DNA of 64,000 nucleotides, from positions 71,486,001-71,550,000 of the forward strand of contig NC_043007.1 in the NCBI RefSeq assembly GCF_006345805.1. Reading direction: 5' to 3'. The notes beneath the pieces were generated by a model. That model saw nothing but the letters and a program-made list of their open reading frames with translations, was not told where the DNA came from and searched no databases. Position 1 is the stretch's first letter, and the number at the start of each line of letters is the position of its first letter. The position numbers were made by a program, and so were the translations under genes. The DNA comes from Octopus sinensis. Its lineage: Eukaryota. Positions 60,568-64,000 of the stretch are shown piece by piece.

Positions 60568-61678
60568 TCTCAAATTACTAGAAAATATTTACTCTTTAGA
60601 TATTTCTTCTACCTATACAATCTTTTAGAAATAGGAAATGATTTCTGTGTTTCTTGTTACATCAATGTTGTTCAAATAGTTAGACATTTAGGGAGAACTT
60701 TTAGTGGTCGTTTTGTGCTTTAAAGGTTGAGGGAAAAACGGCAATGATAACCTGCAGAAAAGTACCATCCTATATTCTATAAGAACCCTAAGGAAATTCT
60801 TGAGATTTGTGGAGACATACCTGCTAACTAAATTAGTATGTACTAGCATAATAATAATTATAACAACAACAACAACAATAATAATGACAACAATAATAAT
60901 ATAATAATATTTCTGAATTTATTTGCAATATAGATTTCCGAAGGACTTGATTTTTAGAGTCTGGCGAACTTCTGTTTTTAATACACTTGTTTCAGTTGCA
61001 GATGCTTCCATTGATAGATCCTTATTAATAATGTTGGTAAAATACTGGTATTTTTATCAAATTACCTGGTCATTTAATACTGTCACTAACCAAACCAAAA
61101 CTGATTGACCAGAAACACATAACACTAATTATTAAGGATTTTCAACAGGTTTACTTTGAACAATGTCAGATCTCTGTTGGGTGTGACAGAATGTCTTTGA
61201 GATTCTTATATCAGCCACACAGTAAGAGCCCAGTTTCACCAAATGTTTGTTTTTCTTTCTCAGCACATTCTTATCAGCTGCTCCTTATAGATCTGCTACA
61301 ATAGTTTAAGAGTTTATTTTGTCTAGAACCACCAGAACCTCAAACCTAATTAAGTTTCTATAGTATAATAAGATAAACTAAAACAAGAATCCAATAGCTA
61401 ATTTCCCTATTTTCCTTGACCTAGGAGGTGTCAGCTTCTAAATGTTCAGCTGATCAGTGGCTGAGTCTTGTAGCCAAAGAGTAAATTAATGAAAACAATA
61501 CCATTTGTTTCTTTGCCAATATAAATTACTGTTTCTGGAAACCCTGCAACTGTTTGGCCAACATTTCAGTTTGTTCTATTTCATTTCTCTCAAATATATG
61601 TAGATTAAACAAGCCCAATTAATTGATAAATAATTCTTGCTTTCTAATTTACATCTGTTGTTATTTTTTCCTCAACAG

Positions 61679-61829
61679 GTTGGTTGATATCTTAATTGAA
61701 AGAAGTCAAAAGCTGGGTTGCTATAAGATCTCCTTAGAATGTAAAATGGAACTGATACCTTTCTACAATAAGTTTGGTCTTAAACAAGAAGAGAGCTGTA
61801 ATTGTTTAGTACTGCGGTTCAGGGACTAA
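61679..61829 (+). CDS. GNPNAT1: GNPNAT1 last coding exon
   Basis: cctcaacag|G; (L)LVDILIERSQKLGCYKISLECKMELIPFYNKFGLKQEESCNCLVLRFRD-stop. All exons sum to 546 nt = 181 aa + stop. Confidence 0.94.
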
Positions 61830-62757
61830 TTTACTAAATTTTTTAAACATATCAAATTTGAATCTCAAAATTTTAAGAAAATATTGATGAAGCTTTTGCA
61901 GGATGTTTAAAGAAATCAATTTATATCGAAATACCATTCAGCTAACCATTTTCTCTTGCATCTCCAATTGCCAGTTGAGATATACTTAACCACAGAAATA
62001 TAGAGAAAATAATGGCATCACCCACATTACAGAATTCTGTGTTCCTCGACATTTTGCTATCACGTGAAATTCTGTGAAATCTATTTTACTATTAACCTTT
62101 CGAATACCAATCTGCCCCAAAGCACCCCAGATTTTTTAATCCAAAATTCATGTCTTAAAGTGATCTAAATGAAAATCTTTCATTAAGATTTCATGTTAAT
62201 TTATGTTCCAAATACCAGCTTAATATAGACCAAGTTATTTTAATAAATATTTCATAATTTTCCGAATTAATTGAAGCAAAGTATATTTCAAAAGGAATAT
62301 GGTAACAAAAGGGTCAATATCCATGAGATGGGTTTTAACTGAATTTTCATAGAAAAAAAAGTAAGAACAAGGAATATGACCACTTTTATGCATGTATATA
62401 TTAATTGTTAACCACACACACACTCTATACAGTATGTATATAAATAGTGCAGGAAATAATAAAACTACCATAATATAGTACAGTGTGTGCAGATTACAAA
62501 TAATGTTAATAACTGTGTAATTGGGGAAGGTGTAATGAGAGTTCATTGAAGGGAGAGGGGCACTATCTTCAGCAGCAGGAGTAAATAACTTATATATTGT
62601 CATTACTCATTTAGAATGTAGCATCTCTTTGTACACTGCAGTGTAGGAACTGAACTCATTATAAACACCTCTTGTAATTTTTATGTTGTACATTTCTCTT
62701 CAATTCTTTTTATACATAGAGACTGTATTATGTGGATATTTTTTTTTTTTTAATTAA

Positions 62758-63060
62758 CCGTTTAGCATTTAAACCAGCCATACTTGGCGCTATTCTACCT
62801 GTTTTGTGTTCAAACTGGCTATATCCAGCCTCTCAAACCTACCTTACAATGTTATTCTAAAAATAAACAATCACATCCAACCCGTCCAACCATCCAACCC
62901 GTCCAACCATCCAACCCGTGCTAGCACGGAAAACGGACATTAAACGATGATGATGATGACATCATTGAAATCTCAAAGCCACGAAATAAAGTAGAATTAA
63001 TTCGAAAAAATATGAATAAATAAGCATTATATTTGACAGAGTGATCTGAATACTAAAGTG
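62758..63060. mobile_element. piggyBac-type MITE containing an RTE tail with triplicated aacccgtccaaccatcc unit (~62877-62959)
   Basis: TTAA|CCGTTTAGCATT ... AATACTAAAGTG|TTAA. Confidence 0.75.
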
Positions 63061-64000
63061 TTAATATATTCTCACATCAAAATAGGTGTATTCCTTGTTT
63101 TAGCCCTTATTTTCATATTCCATTAAAAACACATCTCAATTTATAACTGTGAAATCAATGATAAACAGATATTGCACCACAGAATTTTTCATCACAGCAA
63201 GATTTTTTGAAATATGGAATTTGTAATGTAGTAAATGCATATGTTTTCTCTGTTTCACAATTGCAGACATCTGATAATAATAAAAAAAAATTTTTAATGG
63301 TTGCGGAATAGCTTTTCAATATTAATTGATTTATTTAAACTCTTTGCTAAAAATTCTTCAATATTTTCTCAAAATGTTGTTTCAAAATTATTTTCTGATA
63401 ATATGCCTTTGTCGGTTGGTTGGAGTAATGAAGTTGTGTCCTTGGGAATATAGCTCATTTTCACATTGGGGATATTATTTATATTCAGTGGGAGGCTTGG
63501 TGCATGCAATTATAATGGAGAAAGAAAGAATTAAAAATGTATCTATACCACCATGTAACCCTGTGTCATGTTAGTGAACTTGAATGATGAACTGAGTGAC
63601 AGAGTAAAAGAAAAATCAGATGTTGTGTACAGCAGGACTGCACTTGTATGGGCAGGTGCTGTGTATGGAGGACAGCTGCATAAAGATAGGGTTGAGTGCT
63701 GAAAGACTTGGAACAGTGTAGTAACAAATGATCTCAAGATGTCATATCTGATGAAGTTGATGACAGAGGACCATGTTGATTTGTGATATATGTGAAGCGC
63801 CTTGTCTTAAAAGTCTCACTGCTCTATGTGGTCTTTGTTCAAGGTAACATGTAGAAAAGAGGGCAATTACAAAGGATGGTCTAGGGTGAAAGAGAAGGAT
63901 CATGGAACTTAACTGGTCTTTGTGGGATTGTGTAAAACAGGAGGAAATACCAGCAGAGGAGAGAGAATAAATTGCTGTAGAATACTAGAAATTAGACTGC

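Noticed and set aside
1-61829. Functional or operon-like link between the M4 protease and GNPNAT1
   Set aside because: They are 29 kb apart and divergent; GNPNAT1 is an ordinary intron-rich eukaryotic housekeeping gene. Nothing in the sequence ties them.

Overview
AT-rich eukaryotic (animal) genomic DNA. The SINE/LINE/MITE content and microsatellite load look like an octopus (coleoid cephalopod) genome; this is inference from repeat families, not a database match. Two host loci are supported. (1) Left end, minus strand: a secreted zinc metalloprotease of peptidase family M4, of the bacterial vibriolysin/pseudolysin (LasB) type. It has a TATA box, a 52-nt signal-peptide exon (8008-7957), a 6.4-kb phase-1 GT-AG intron and one long exon (1539 to beyond base 1) with FTP, PepSY and catalytic domains (HEFAH, NEAFSD, DPHHGSG). 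This copy carries one in-frame TAG in the propeptide. A second, broken tandem paralogue (exon 1 at 17896-17848, exon-2 fragment at 11113-10722, duplicated promoter) lies about 10 kb away. (2) Right half, plus strand: a complete spliced glucosamine-6-phosphate N-acetyltransferase (GNPNAT1/GNA1), five clear exons plus a probable ATG-only first coding exon, 181 aa. Most of the rest is mobile DNA: Penelope-like elements (one with a well-formed hammerhead ribozyme), RTE, CR1, Tx1 and R4/Dong-like LINE pieces, a two-LTR Ty3/gypsy relic, mariner/maT/pogo/Merlin/hAT/piggyBac elements and MITEs, four tRNA-derived SINE families, and several fold-back insertions. All translations, alignments and counts were done by eye; boundaries of degenerate repeats are approximate (tens of bp).
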